Assembly: GCA_052327205.1 (NCBI GenBank)
Contig: CM126226.1
Location: forward strand, 40,176,001-40,240,000
DNA length: 64,000 nucleotides
Source: Somniosus microcephalus
Lineage: Eukaryota
Reading direction: 5' to 3'
The notes beneath the pieces are model-generated. The model made no database searches. It saw nothing but the letters and a program-made list of their open reading frames with translations, and was not told the DNA's origin. Within the stretch, counting starts at the first letter, position 1; every line of letters starts with the position of its first letter. The position numbers and the translations under genes were made by a program. This document shows positions 12,078 through 24,729 of this stretch, piece after piece.

Positions 12078-13242
12078 ATGGAGAAGGTTAGGCAGAGAGC
12101 AGAGCGCTTCAGCACTGAGGCTCTGGACCACTTGGTGGCTGCAGTTGAACACCGTCGAGAGGTCCTGTATCCGGATAATGGCAAGAGGCCAAATCAGAAG
12201 GCTTATCGACGATCTTGGAGGGAGGTTGCTGTGAGGGTGAATTCCAGCAGCATGGTGACCAGGACCCCTGTTCAGTGCAGGAAGAAATTCAACGACCTCA
12301 CATGGATCGTTAGGGTGAGTGATGGTTCACCAAACTTGTGCTTCCCTCCATCTGCAGCTGACTTCGGGCACCCTGCTGCAATGATGCGCCAATGGCCATC
12401 TGTCAGTATGCACCCATGGCCCTTTCTGGCCACACACATGGACAGATGTCTCAAGGCCTCATGTAAGGGCTCTTGCACCATGGGGGGCATGCGATGAGGT
12501 CTCAAGGCCTCATGTAAGGGCTCTTGCACCATGGGGGGCATGCGATGAGGTCTCAAGGCCTCATGTAACAGAACCTCCCCTTCTTTCCCCTGCAGTCCAA
12601 GATGGCACAGATTAGAAAGGAGCAGCGTCGAACCGGTGGCGGACCTCCACAAGTGGTCACTCTCACGGATCTGGAGGAGAGAGTGCACCAGATACTTGGA
12701 GGACGTCTGTCTGGTCCAGTGACCACTGCATCTGCCGACCCAATTACCAACAGCGAGGGTAAGACTCTCACCTTTTCCACCTGTTGCCTTCCACTTGGTC
12801 CCCCCGCCAGCATGCATCCTCAGTGCGCAGCCATGTCAGAGCCATGCCGCAATCTGGCATGCCTTTCAGCAAACCTGTCCTTTTGCTAAAGCCACTCTTC
12901 CACCTCCCACTTTCAGATGAAGCAGCACCAACTCGGGCTCAACGCGCTGAAGCTGCCAGTGCCAGTGCCACCGGAGGCGAGGACCAGGAGGAATCCGGAC
13001 CAGCCGTTGCAGAATCCGGGGAGCGGAGACATCTGCAGACTGGGGATAGTAGTCCCCTGGAGGGGAGGGGGGGTGGCTCTGAGGATGAACCAGTTGCCGG
13101 ACCAAGCGGCATGGAGCAACGCAGGGGGGATAGGCAAGTTCGGCCACCGTCTCCCCGCAGGGCAAGGCAGGTCGTCATGACTGCTGCACAGAGTGCAGAT
13201 GAGGTCCGTCGCCCTCCAAACAAGCTCCCATTCCGATGCTAG
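12078..13242 (+). CDS. Myb/SANT-like (trihelix; NAIF1/MSANTD-like) Harbinger DNA-binding protein, 3 exons (12078-12314, 12596-12758, 12917-13242), 241 aa
   Basis: RAERFSTEALDHLV..W.EVA.RVN...RT..QCRKKFNDL and RRTGGGPP motifs. GT-AG introns (agg|gtgagt, ctgcag|tcc, gagg|gtaaga, tttcag|at) with matching phases 0 and 1. No stop in the spliced frame. Confidence 0.8.
12448..12568. repeat. 51-bp perfect tandem repeat (~2.4 copies) in intron 1 of the Myb-like gene
   Basis: gtctcaaggcctcatgtaagggctcttgcaccatggggggcatgcgatgag at 12448, 12499 and partially at 12550. Confidence 0.95.
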
Positions 13243-15234
13243 TTGGTCAAAAGGCTTTTAGGTGTAGTGGTGCAAGTGCTTCGGACAGGGTTGAAGGTAC
13301 CAAGTACTGTAAAGCTCAAATCCCAGAACTCCGCTCCACATTAGCTCGCCAACTCTCTCTAGCAGCGATCGCAATGAGCAGGCCAAGTGGCAGAAGATTC
13401 TGCAGTAGAGCTGTCCCCTTTAAATAGCGTCCCCCTACTCCGAGAAGGGCCTGTTAGCCCTCCCTCGAACTGTCACTAATAGCGCTGGGCGCTAAGGCTC
13501 CGGGCGCCACCCAATATGCGCTCAGGCGCTCCTAAAAGGCGTTGCACACTGAAATGACATCATGAGCTGCTTGCGCTCGCGGGTGCGCGCAAACACTTAG
13601 CGCAGGCGCTAAATGTATAGTCAATATCTGAGTTGGCGCTATCTTCATAGCGTCCGCCCCAACATAGCGCTTCGCCCCAATTCTAGGTCTCTTTAGGCGC
13701 TCAGCGCCGGCGCTACCAACCCAATTTCTAGGCCCCAATGTTTTGGGACCCCCAAGTGTGCATGGTGGTACTACCGGAGTTTACCCAGTTAAAACCATGC
13801 CACTCACCAATACAGAGCACTGGTAAGCTTCTAGCTGTTTTCCAATTAGGATCGCCCGAGCGATTAGTGCATTGGTTTCCATGGTTATCTGGAGCTGACT
13901 GGGAAGAATCCCAGCCCTCATTAACAGGTCACCCCTTCAAGTTTCATTGGTGAGCCAGACTGGCTGGTCAATCATCAACATTGCAGACTTGCCTGGTTCC
14001 GGAATTGGATTACCAAGGCTGCCGCAGTGGGTTGACTTGGTTCTGAATTTTCATTGCCAGGCATGTTATATTTGATCCCCCTCGACTCCAAAGAGACCCT
14101 GCCTACCTGCTCCTTAAAAAGGATTCCCACAACAACAAAATGCCAACTGAAAGACACAAAAGAGTGAGTTGTAGTCTCCATTCTGAAAGAATTCTGAGAA
14201 ATTTGGGGTGAAAAATAAAACACAACTGCACTTGGTACATGTATATTAAAGCTGTGACAAAGATTGATTTTGTTAAGCCTTTTTAACCAATATTTAAATC
14301 TTTTGCCCAGCATCTTAAGGAATTGAAGTGACTGGGTTGCGCCTACCGTTGCAATGCTTAGAAGAAGCCTGAATGATGTCTATATGTACATCTGTATGTC
14401 TATACAGTACATAATAACAGTGCTGACAGAGCAGCCAGATGGTGGTGGACAGATGCAGTTCATCACATATCCAGCATTAAACACTATTCAAGCCTCAAGT
14501 GCAGGATGCTCAATAACAAAAGGTTTATATAAAGATCCCAATACCAAGATTGTTCAAACAATGTACAATGTAAACACTGTAGTGATTCCATCTGCCTGCC
14601 TACATCTTTGGGATTACTTCTCTGGTTGTTTTGTCAGCAACAATACTTTCACATACTATTTTTCTGTAAGTCTGATTTTCTGGCTCGCAGTCTTATTTTC
14701 CTGATGGCTTTTAAGCTAGGGCACTAGGGAAGGGTATGGCACTTTGGGGAATAACTGATGCTCTGAGTTTTTCCTTGCACTTCCTGTTGACTGAGACGCT
14801 AAATGGAATCAGCGTTAGAAAGTGCAGAGGAGTTTGTATCATTTTCACCCAACTGTTAGCTAAAAACGTCTGTCTAGGGTGTCATTTTCATTTACAAGAT
14901 TTTTAAGAAAACAGATAAAATGTAGGATTTGAAAATATAATTAGAAAAACAAATGATCACGTTTTAGGTACCCTAACTGGAGCAGTCGGAAGCAAAGTCA
15001 GACAGCAACTCAGCTAGACCACTGGCATAGTTACCAAGTGAAGCCAAGGTGCTTCACGCCATGGGGGATGTGGTGGTAGCATATTTGGGTTGCTCTACCA
15101 TGTCTCCTGTGTGTCCGATCACAATCAGGACTGACAGAATGGCCCGGAAGCAGGTAGCTTCTTCAGGTGGGAGAATAACAAATGATGCAAGGAGCCTTTG
15201 GATTAGAATTCTCTACACAGAGCAGTAAAGTGCT

Positions 15235-15713
15235 AGGTTCAATCTCCAGACTGCACTAACTTGGCTATTGACAGGAAGGATACTACAATTTCAGCCAGAG
15301 TTCCTGATCACCCCTGCTGCAAGATCTACATGTCTGGACATCAGGCAAAGACAGAGCCAGGTTCGGCTGCAATGCCCTCCACCTTCGACAGCTCACTGAC
15401 AATCACAATCTACGCTCACATATGGAGAATGATCACTTGTGCCAGGTACCAGAGGGTGACCAGTAGCTAGGAAACCATAATTCAGCCAAAGACAGTGCCT
15501 TCAGGGTAGTGGAAATCTAGAACTCTGTTGCCCAAAACGCTGTTGGGGCTAGGTCAATTGAAAATTTCAAAACAGATTGATAGATTTTTGTTAGGCAAGG
15601 GTATTACGGAACCAAGGCGGGTAGAAGGAGTCAAGATACAGATCAGCCGTGATCTAATTGAATGGTGGAACAGGCTCAAGGGGCTAAATGGCCTACTGCT
15701 TTTCCTACGTTCC
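15235..15713 (+). mobile_element. Family A SINE (15235-15505) followed by a CR1 3' tail (15505-15713)
   Basis: ggttcaatctcc...gctcacatatggagaatgatcacttg, then gatcagccgtgatctaattgaatgg..ggcctactgct. Confidence 0.7.
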
Positions 15714-17139
15714 CAAGTACAAAGAAAAAATCGAAAGAACGATATCTACTTTCCGTGTGTATACACTCGCAATGTGGTTCTGAAGAAAACGTAAAAAAGG
15801 GACCACTTTATCTGTCTTTAATTCAAAATTGGGGAGCGGGGACAGAACTGCCCTGGATTGTTTACATTAATCTGGCTGTGACCACTGCAAGATTACGTAC
15901 AGTCAAAACTACAACATTGCAGGGCCATGCAAATTATTTTTAGGAGATTGTCTCATTATGTTTTGAATTCCTTCATTGACTAAATGGAATCTGCCACCAA
16001 GATACTAGGCATAAGTTTGAGGCAGATACAATAACAGGAATTTCTAATCACATACTTCTACTGTAATTGTACTAAGGTGGGGACTTGGAATTGCATCATT
16101 TTCAAACATTTCAAACGAGGAAAACATATTTAAGAGTCTTTTTTTTACTGAGAAGGGTGCCTCTCTAACAATGACAGACTTCCTGGTCCAGCCTTGGTCA
16201 GCACAAACACGACCTCTCTCCTCTCTGGAAAGCCACTAACTGCATTCTCAGACATGCTGTAAGAGCTCATAACATTCCAGTACTTCATGTTCTGAGAGCA
16301 CCGGATGGACAAAGCTGTAATGGCTACGAACCATCCCAGACACCACAAAACTGCTAGACAGACTAAATTTGGTGATGATTTAAGTCATTAAAGGAATCTT
16401 GAGGAGCTCATGTTCATACACCACATCAAAAGCAAGTGGTTGTGCAGCTGAGCGAGACCAAGAGCAAAAGAATAAGCTACATTTTCAGCACAGCTGCAAT
16501 AAAGAGGAAACATTTACTGTAAGCAATATATATATAATAAAACCCCATAAATTTTTGAGTAAAAATATAATCTGCTAATTTCTCTGCTAAAAATTTTTAA
16601 TTAATTAAAAACAAATATCCAGACAGAAATCTAGGTGCCTAAGGAAGATAACAAGATGTCCACGGGAAAATGGATAAAGACCAGAAGATATTATTTGTGG
16701 GGTCTCCAAGGATACCAGAAAGAAGTAAAAAAACAAAATTAAAAAGCCAATGTTACTTGAATCTACTGTTTGTTACTGAAGCAACACAGGGCAGAGGGGA
16801 TCTTCTGGCAGATTTCTGTTGGAACTGGCAGCCTTGCCTTATAGAAGCATACTTCAGGCAGCCAATTATAGAGAAGTGATGGTAGTCATGGGTGAGTCAA
16901 CAACTTAGATGCTCTGTCCTCCTGACTTAAGGAAATGTGGTGAGTTGAGACAGGACTGAAACGGAGAAGCAACTTAAAAATTAAATGGTAGTATATATAT
17001 GTCAAATAGACTACAGTCAAAGCTTCTTGGGAGGGATTATTCCCGAGTCTGGCAGGGTCATTTTTTTTTCTCACGCAAATTTCTGCCCTCCTCTGCTGAA
17101 CGTAGGATACACACTGGGCTTTGATTCCACAGATGCCAG

Positions 17140-17580
17140 AACATAGGAACAGGAGTAGGCCATTCAGCCTCTCCGTCATGCAATGAGATCATGGCTGATC
17201 TGTAGCCTAACTCCATCTACCCGCCTTGGCTCCATATCCCTTAATACCTTTGGCTAGCAAAAATCTATCGACCTCAGATTTAAAATGATTAATTGAGCTA
17301 GCATCTACTGCTTTTTGTGGGGGACTTCCACACATCTACCACCCTTTGCGTGTAGAAGTGTTTCCTAGCTTCTCTCCTGAATGGCCTGGCTCTGATTTTA
17401 AGGTTGTGTCCCCTTGTCCTAGATTCCCCCACCAGCGGAAAAGATTTCTCGCTCTCTACCCTATCAATTCCTTTCAAAATCCTAAAAACCTGAATGTTTT
17501 AACCTTCTATATTTTAGGCTCCAAGGGTTAGTTTATGTAATCTCTCCTTGTAATCTAACCTTGGAGCCCTGGTAACATTC
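17140..17580 (-). mobile_element. CR1 LINE 3' fragment
   Basis: aacataggaacaggagtaggccattc tail plus degenerate ORF2 C-terminus. Confidence 0.85.
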
Positions 17581-17589
17581 TAACTCAGT

Positions 17590-17895
17590 TGTCACTCAGG
17601 TAACCATTCTTATGTGAGCCTAGTCAGTGAGTGTTGTTAGGCTGGTTAACCATCACAGTAGAACTTGATCCTGTCCTCACCTAACGCTGCATGTACATTT
17701 TCCATCAAGGGTCATGAGATAGCAATCAGGAGTGAGAACCTTGGCCTCAGTATTCCCATGAAACACAGGCTAATGTAGTGCCCTCCAATGCCACTCAGCG
17801 GAGTCAGTACAGACCAGGAATTTAGCCTAAAATGTTCCTGGTGTCTGTGGACCTCTATTACACCACACAATGCATCAAGAAACTGAACATCAGGG
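17590..17895 (-). mobile_element. Family A SINE
   Basis: Reverse complement of ctcactgactaggctcacataagaatggttac. Confidence 0.6.
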
Positions 17896-18435
17896 GAGTT
17901 TCAAGAGTCTGTTTTAAGTATTAAAAATAGACAATAAAATCCTAGAACATATGTCAAAGCAGAGTGCTTCTGGCTTATGTTGAATCAAGCAGCCTCAAAC
18001 AGTTATTGAGCAGCACTGGCAGACGCTATGGCAAGGACTGTTGCTTTATCCCCCAAGTTAGAGAATAGCGAGAGTTGCTGGAATATGGGTGATGCAGAAG
18101 GAACAGGGAAAAATTGAAAACAAGGAGGCAAAGATAAGATTATAAAAGCTGCCTGAAAATAATTTGTAATTTTAATGTTTCATTGTGTTTCCATTTAAAG
18201 TGGAATCACACTGCTGCTACCCATCACAGAGCAGTACCTTTGAAGTTCGATGTGAAGTTGGCACATCAAATTACTGTATACTGCTAGCTGTGCATCCACC
18301 CAGGTAGCAGTGAGGTCAGCTACAAAAGAGCTCTGCATGTGCCTCACTGAATCTATGTGCGGGGCTTTGCTTTCCCCAGTTGCCAATTTTAACGTTTGGA
18401 GAATGTGGGTGGGAGAGTCCATTCTTATATAACAT

Positions 18436-19030
18436 TTGTTTGAATGGGTAGACCTAGAGAAGATGTTTCCACTTGTGGGAGAGTCCAAAACTAGGGGTCA
18501 TAAGGGTTCGAATCCGGCCTCGGGTGACTGTCTGTGTGGAGTTTGCACATTCTCCCCGTGTTTGCGTGGGTTTCCTCCGGGTGCTCCGGTTTCCTCCCAC
18601 AGTCCAAAGATGTGCAGGTTAGGTTGATTGGCTATGATAAATTGACCCTTAGTGTTAGGGGGATTAAATACATGGGGTTACGGGGATAGGGTGGGATATG
18701 TGTTGGTGCAGGCTCGATGGGCCGAAATGGCCTCTATCTGCACTGTGGGGTTTCTGTGATTCTGTGATAAGTACAAGATAGTCACTAATAAATTCAATAA
18801 GGAATTCAGGAGAAACTTCTTTACCCAGAGAGTGGTGACAATGTGGAACTCACTACCACATGGAGTAGCTGAGGCAAATAGCACAGATGCATTTAAGGGC
18901 AAGCTAGATAAGTACATGAGGGAGAAATGAATAGAAGGATATGCTGATAGGGTGAGATGAAGTAGAGTGGAGCATAAACACAGACCTGTTGGGCCGAATG
19001 ACCTGTTTCTGTGCTGTAAATTCAATGTAA
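18436..19030 (+). mobile_element. CR1 3' fragment interrupted by an HE1 SINE
   Basis: EKMFPLVGESKTRGH before the insert, then KY..RRNFFTQRVV after it. Confidence 0.85.
18505..18766 (+). mobile_element. HE1-like V-SINE (5'-truncated at the B box)
   Basis: V-domain tgtgtggagtttgcacattctccccgtg..gggtttcctccgggtgctccggtttcctcccacagtccaaaga; TSD ataag (18500-18504 / 18767-18771). Confidence 0.9.
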
Positions 19031-19894
19031 TTTTAAAGATGCCATACAAAGTCTTAAAAGCTCTTGGGTGCGTAGATACTTTTAAAATGCAGCTTTGCAC
19101 CAGACTCGAATTATATTGCATTTGGTGCAAACTCAAACTGGTGTCAGATGCCTTCTTGGAGAAGGCCTCCTACTTGACTTTAGGGAATTCGGGCAGAAGA
19201 TCAGGATCTGACATCCATCCCAGTTATACTGGCACTTTCACATCAATATGTACCCGATACCACTTATTTACATTAAAGTGGCAGCATCACTGCTGGCTTA
19301 AAGCACCAGAGTCACTGTAAGAAAAGTAACTGAGTTAACAATCAGGATAGCTGATCCATGATACAGGGTGGCATTAGGGGTACATTATTTTGTAATTAAA
19401 TATCCCAGAAACTATTTATCAGATCACTGAACCGTGCTGTTGACAGTTGCACATTTTTGATGCAATTATTTTCTTGTTGACTGAAGCAGACAAGCATCAC
19501 TTAGAGGTTAAGTGTTCTGCAACCTTTGTGAACATTCGCTGTGTAATCATTTCAGCCAATGTAATTTTATTAAAGCTCTCACCACAAGCTTTTGTTGTAC
19601 ACTCTCATCATCTTGTTTTCATCCCAGTACAAAATCCCAATGTATCGTTGTCATTCTAGTGAATTTCTTAATCAAGGCTTCCTCTGGAAAAGCATCCACA
19701 TTGTTCTCAGGATTAAACAGCACAGCACACAATAAAAACCATTTGTATGTGCTTGCATTTGTTCTCCTTTTTAAAATGTTCTAACTTGAGCTCAGTGGCT
19801 TTTACATCAATGCAATGTTACCACCAGTGCTATTTATACATGTTATATCTAAAAGGGATATCACATATACAGTACACAGTAAAAGGAAAAAAGG

Positions 19895-20263
19895 AAAAGA
19901 CTTGCATTTATATAGCTCCTTTCACAACCTCAGGACGTCCCAAAAAATTAACAGCCAATTAAGTACTTTTGAAGTGAAGTCACTGTTGTAATGTAGGGAA
20001 GGACAACAGCCAATTTGTGCACAGCAAGGTCCCACAAACAGCAATGAGATTAATGACCAGATATCTGTTTCAATGGTTGAGGGATAAATGTAGGCCAGGA
20101 GAACACCCTTGCTCTGCTTCGAATCGTGCAATGGGATCTTTGTATGTTCACCTCAGAGGGCAGACGTCTCATCCAAAAGATGGCACCTCCAACAGTGCAG
20201 CACTCCCTCAGTGAATTGCTAGCCTGGATTATGTGCTCAAGTCTCTGGAGTGGGGCTTTGAAA
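19895..20263 (-). mobile_element. DeuSINE with L2-type tail
   Basis: Reverse complement of the family at 8735-9175; tail ttgcatttatatagc. Confidence 0.8.
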
Positions 20264-20277
20264 CTTAGCAATACATA

Positions 20278-21044
20278 GGGGGCGAAATTCAGTTACGCCT
20301 CGTTTGGGGCCGGTAACTGAATTAGCGCCAGACATTTAACGCCTGGCACGGGAGTACCGCCACAGCCGCTAAATTGGGCTTACCTCCCCTGCGAGGAAGC
20401 GGAGTGCTATCTTGGGTGCTCCACTTCCTTTCGGGGCGGTGTCTGGGGCATAAAGCACGGCAGCGCTGACGCGTTTCAGTGCCCCTCCCCTTCCGTTAAA
20501 GGGGAGGGACGCTGCGAGTTCTGCGGGCTGTTTGATGGCCTCCACTAGCCCACCAGGGCAGCGTGGTGTCATGGTTGCAGCCCGGCACTGAGAGGCGGTG
20601 CCAGACGGCGTGATGGTGGCCACGGACCACGCCAAGCACCACCAAGAGGGGCCACCAAAATAATAAAATGGGGGCGCGGGGTGCAGCCGGACCGCACCTT
20701 TAATTACCCCCCCCCCCCCACGACAGCGGTGTGCGGCCCGGTTCGCGACCAGTGAGGCTATCGCTGACATCGCCCGCGGCAGCCTCGCGAGGTGCAGCTG
20801 AATTTCTGCCGCAGGACAGTAAGGGGCTTTGGCAGGGTACTAAGGGGTCGCGTCGCTCGCCAATTACGTCATCACCAGCGGCCCAGGACTTTACCGGCGG
20901 GGGCACAGCACTATCGGCTAGCGCCTCAGTAGCGCTCTGCCGAATTTCGCAGCAGGCGTTATTAGCGTCCCCGCCCGGGCGATAAGCCCTTTGCGCCTCC
21001 CGGAGGCGCTAACTGCGGGTGCAAAGGAGGCAAATTTCGCCCCC
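20278..21044. mobile_element. Harbinger-type MITE
   Basis: Perfect TIR gggggcgaaatt / aatttcgccccc; TSD ata/gta. Confidence 0.88.
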
Positions 21045-21129
21045 GTAATTTTTTAAGTAATTTCTCATTAAGGGGCAAAACTGCAAAACTAAGCTAGTTT
21101 AAAAGACTGGCTTTCAAAAGTAATTGCAG

Positions 21130-21500
21130 CTCCTCTGACGGCTTAGTGGGTAAATGCACTGTTCAACGTAATATTCAGTCATACACATCAGGTAAGTTTC
21201 AGCTTTGACTCCCAGTCTATGCTTAGTTAACTGATTTCAGCTTGGGCTAATATTAGTTGGGGTGCTAAATAAGCCCCTGCACCACTGGGCTCAGAAGAGG
21301 AAGAAAATTAGCTATGGTTTGCACTGCTCTTAGAAAGGCCGTCTATGTGTACGCTATGATCTGACACCCTCTACACAGTCAACTGGCCTGCCAAGGCTCA
21401 CGCATGAAGAATGGCTCCTTGGGCAAGGCACTGGAGGGCAGCTGGCATTCATGGAATCAAATCCGAGGATGAATCAGCATCTTCAAAGAGGACGGAAGTA
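21130..21500 (+). mobile_element. Family A SINE
   Basis: gctcctctgacggcttagtgggt head; ggctcacgcatgaagaatggctccttgggcaagg body. Confidence 0.65.
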
Positions 21501-22490
21501 AACTGCAGGGACATTTTAAAAAAGACGTTGCTTCCACACATGGATTGAATTGTTAACCACAATGCAGGCATGCTTTGTTTGAGCTGTACACGTTGTACAT
21601 GGTACAAGCCAATTATCTAAACTTTTCAGAGAAATTTCTACAGATTTTTTTTGTCTGCATTTCAGTTTCAGACTGCATTTCACAAAGCATGCTTGAGCTG
21701 TAAATTGCAATTCCCAGTCTCCAACACATTTTGATCTGAATACATGATGCTGAATTCCAAAGAGACTAGTGGCATGGGTAATGGTTTACTCTCTTAAGTA
21801 TGGTGCCCTTTCCACTTTGGGGAAGGCAATTCTGTTAGAGTAAATATAACAAAGTTGACCCAAAGGAGTGGTGTGGGTGACAGACAATTCTCCCAAAGGT
21901 TTCAAGGCAGCTACAGCAGCAACAGCAGCCTCAGTAAGCTGAAATTGGTCGTGTGCCAGCTCCCTCATCTTGGTGCAGAAAGGAAGAGCCAAGCAGTGCT
22001 ATCAGCGCTCTAATGCTGTAACCCTTGCCGTACTGGCAAACGGCCAGGGGCTGAGACCAGTCAAAACCAGGCCTGTGGATTCTATAGAGAAAGCTCTTTT
22101 TCCTCTCTTCAGTTTTATTTGGCAACCCTTGTGTGGGAACACTACAAAGCTGAGGCTGATACAGAGGAGGGACCTGGCAAGGCTCTGTTGAATCTGAACA
22201 GTCTCCAAGCTGCAGCTGCAAAGTCTGTGTACCATTCACTCTGTGATAAAAGTACACAGCTCACAAAGCCAAAACCTCAACTGGGCCTGGAACAAATGCA
22301 GAACACTGATATGTACTTTGAGAGGTTAAAATGTTTTGGAAATCACAGGTTTGGCAAAGTGAGGGCTGAACAATTGTTTAATTATTTGAAATGCAGTAGC
22401 TAGTTGCCAGAACACTTAGAGATACAACAACCTTGGATATAGCACACATTGTTTGGAGCATGTTCATTAACACCCTCTCGGTAACAATCT

Positions 22491-22666
22491 GAGGGTAATT
22501 TTAACCTAACCCGCCCGGTGGGAAACTGAACAGATCGGGTTGAAAGTCGGGTTTACTCCCTGCGCCAATTTACTCTCCAATGAAGTTGATGGAGAGCAAA
22601 TTCGGGTGGGGTGTAAAACTGGCGTTGGACATGATCTGGTCAGTTTCCTGCCTGGTGGGTTAGGTT
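22491..22666. mobile_element. Foldback (palindromic) MITE
   Basis: Arms aacctaacccgcccggtgggaaactgaacagatc / gatctggtcagtttcctgcctggtgggttaggtt; related fragment at ~50378-50475. Confidence 0.65.
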
Positions 22667-22998
22667 ACGTACGAAACAACAGACAGCTAAGAGTAAGTTT
22701 GTGACACAATCAAATCGTGTAAGTGATGTCACAGCACCCCAAGAAATGTTACTTTGAACGTTGACGTTGTGCTTCTGCTGGTTTAAGACTGCACAACACA
22801 CAGCACAATTGACATTTTTAAATCCTTCACTACCAGTTGCTGGAATCAAGTGATAGAGTAAAGAAAAAGAAAAAGAACTTTCATTTATATGAAATAATCT
22901 TTATGATGTAAGCATCCACAGTGAAATAATATCAAATATCAGGCAGTGTTATAGGGATGTTTTTGCAGTATTTGGCAAAATGGTACTGTGGTAGATCC

Positions 22999-23485
22999 CA
23001 TCAGAAAAGATTTACGAGAATGATTCCAGGGATGAGGGACTTCAGTTACGCGGATAGACTAGAGAAGCTGGGATTGTTCTCCTTAGAGCAGAGAAGGTTG
23101 ACAGGAGATTTGATAGAGGTGTTCAAAATCATGAAGGTTCTGGACAGAGTAGATAGAGAGAAACTGCTCCCTTTGGTGGAAAGGTCAAGAACCAGAGGAC
23201 ACAGATTTAAGGTGACTGACAAAATAACCAAAGGCGACATGAGGAAAAACTTTTTTACGCAGCGAGTGGTTAGGTTCTGGAATGTACTGCCTGAAAGTGT
23301 GGTGGAGGCAGACTCAATCGCGGCTTTCAAAAGGGAATTGGATAAGTACCTGAAGGGAAATTTTTTTGCAGGGCTACGGGGAAAGGACGGGGGAGTGGGA
23401 CTAGCTGAAGTGCTCTTGCAGAGAGTCGGCACAGGCTCGACGGGCCGAATGACCTCCTTCTGTGCTGTAACCATTCTATGATTCA
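22999..23485 (+). mobile_element. CR1 LINE 3' fragment (different subfamily)
   Basis: QKRFTRMIPGM..LGLFSLEQRRL.GDLIEVFKI..RTRGH..FFTQRVV; attctatgatt tail. Confidence 0.9.
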
Positions 23486-23605
23486 ATGATCAGGCATAAA
23501 CTACTCACCTAATTATATGGCTGCTGTTTCGGATTAAAAAATATAAAAGTCACAAACTGTACAAGCCACTCCCTATACATCAAAGTAATACAAAATTAGT
23601 TATGA

Positions 23606-24000
23606 CTCCCCGGATGGCCCAGCAAGTTTAACCAATGAGTAGCTCTGCTATACAGAAAAGGAAGTTCTCAGGTTCAATCTCCATTCTCTGTTGGATTGAG
23701 GAGGGCTAAACTGGAGAAATGGGAGGGGCAATACAATTGGTCTTAGAGGCCCTTGTTTAAAGAAGGAAAATCGGCTAAGCATGAATCTTATCCGATCGCT
23801 ATCTAGCAATCCCTGCTGGAAGTACATGGGTGCGCCAGATGGGTAAGGTCAGGCTTAGATGTGATACCCCCATGGTTGAATAGTTTGGCTACACTCACTG
23901 TAAAGGCTCACACATGAAGAATGACTACTTGGGCAAGGTACATCTGATAGCTGGTCCCTGTGGAACTATACCTTAAGGAGTCAGTGCCTTTACAAGAGAA
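23606..24000 (+). mobile_element. Family A SINE
   Basis: ggttcaatctcc B box; acactcactgtaaaggctcacacatgaagaatgactacttgggcaagg. Confidence 0.65.
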
Positions 24001-24729
24001 AGTGAGTTGAAGGAAAAAAAAGGAGAAAAACTGGCAAAGAAAACTGGTGATAGCAGAAGATAGAGAAAATATATACGCTGTAACTTGTACCAAATTTGAT
24101 ACTACTTATTCCCCAGGACACATTACTGAATGACAAATGAGGAATGAAGTATCAAATAGATCAGAACAATGCACAAGAAAATAGAAAATTCTTCTCCATA
24201 TTACTTTTTGCTGTGCAAAAATGCTGCTGCAATTCCCAAAAGGAATACCTGGTTGCTAATCTGCAAGAAAGAGATTGCTAGGTTTGTAAATGAGATTGTT
24301 CAATATTCCCACACCATCACAGACCATAGGGCACAATTGTATCTATTTCTCTGCTCCTACTAGAACAGTACTTCATTTATTTTTATGTTCTTAAATGTCA
24401 CAAACAGTTCTAGACCCCCAGAGCACTCTCAGCTATTCTTTCAATTTTGTCAGCTGAAGATTTAAAACGGCTCCTCCCACAAGCCTCTTATTTTCCTTTT
24501 CCTAAAGGTTACCCTGCACCAGTTCCTGGCTGAGACAACAGGTAGGCGTCACCAGTTCCTTAGATTCCTTCAATTCCATTCTTGAACTAGCCAGTAGAAA
24601 GTGCTCAAGAGTAATGTGGTTGAAACCATCCCACACATTTGCTTTTTCTCTGTGGGGAATCCCGTTACTGGTGACACCACTTTCCTGTGTGTCAGATATG
24701 GCCTCCAGCCCATGGACCCGCCACTGACC

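Larger units (their letters stand above)
11720..13734 (+). mobile_element. Internally deleted PIF/Harbinger transposon retaining its Myb/SANT-like gene
   Basis: Perfect 16-bp TIR ggcctagaaattgggt / acccaatttctaggcc; TSD cca on both sides; trihelix ORF inside. Confidence 0.92.

Noticed and set aside
12448-12568. CRISPR-like array
   Set aside because: Contiguous tandem repeat without spacers, eukaryotic context, no cas genes.
16145-16360. Minus-strand coding exon candidate
   Set aside because: Weak splice sites and no recognisable peptide in either open frame.
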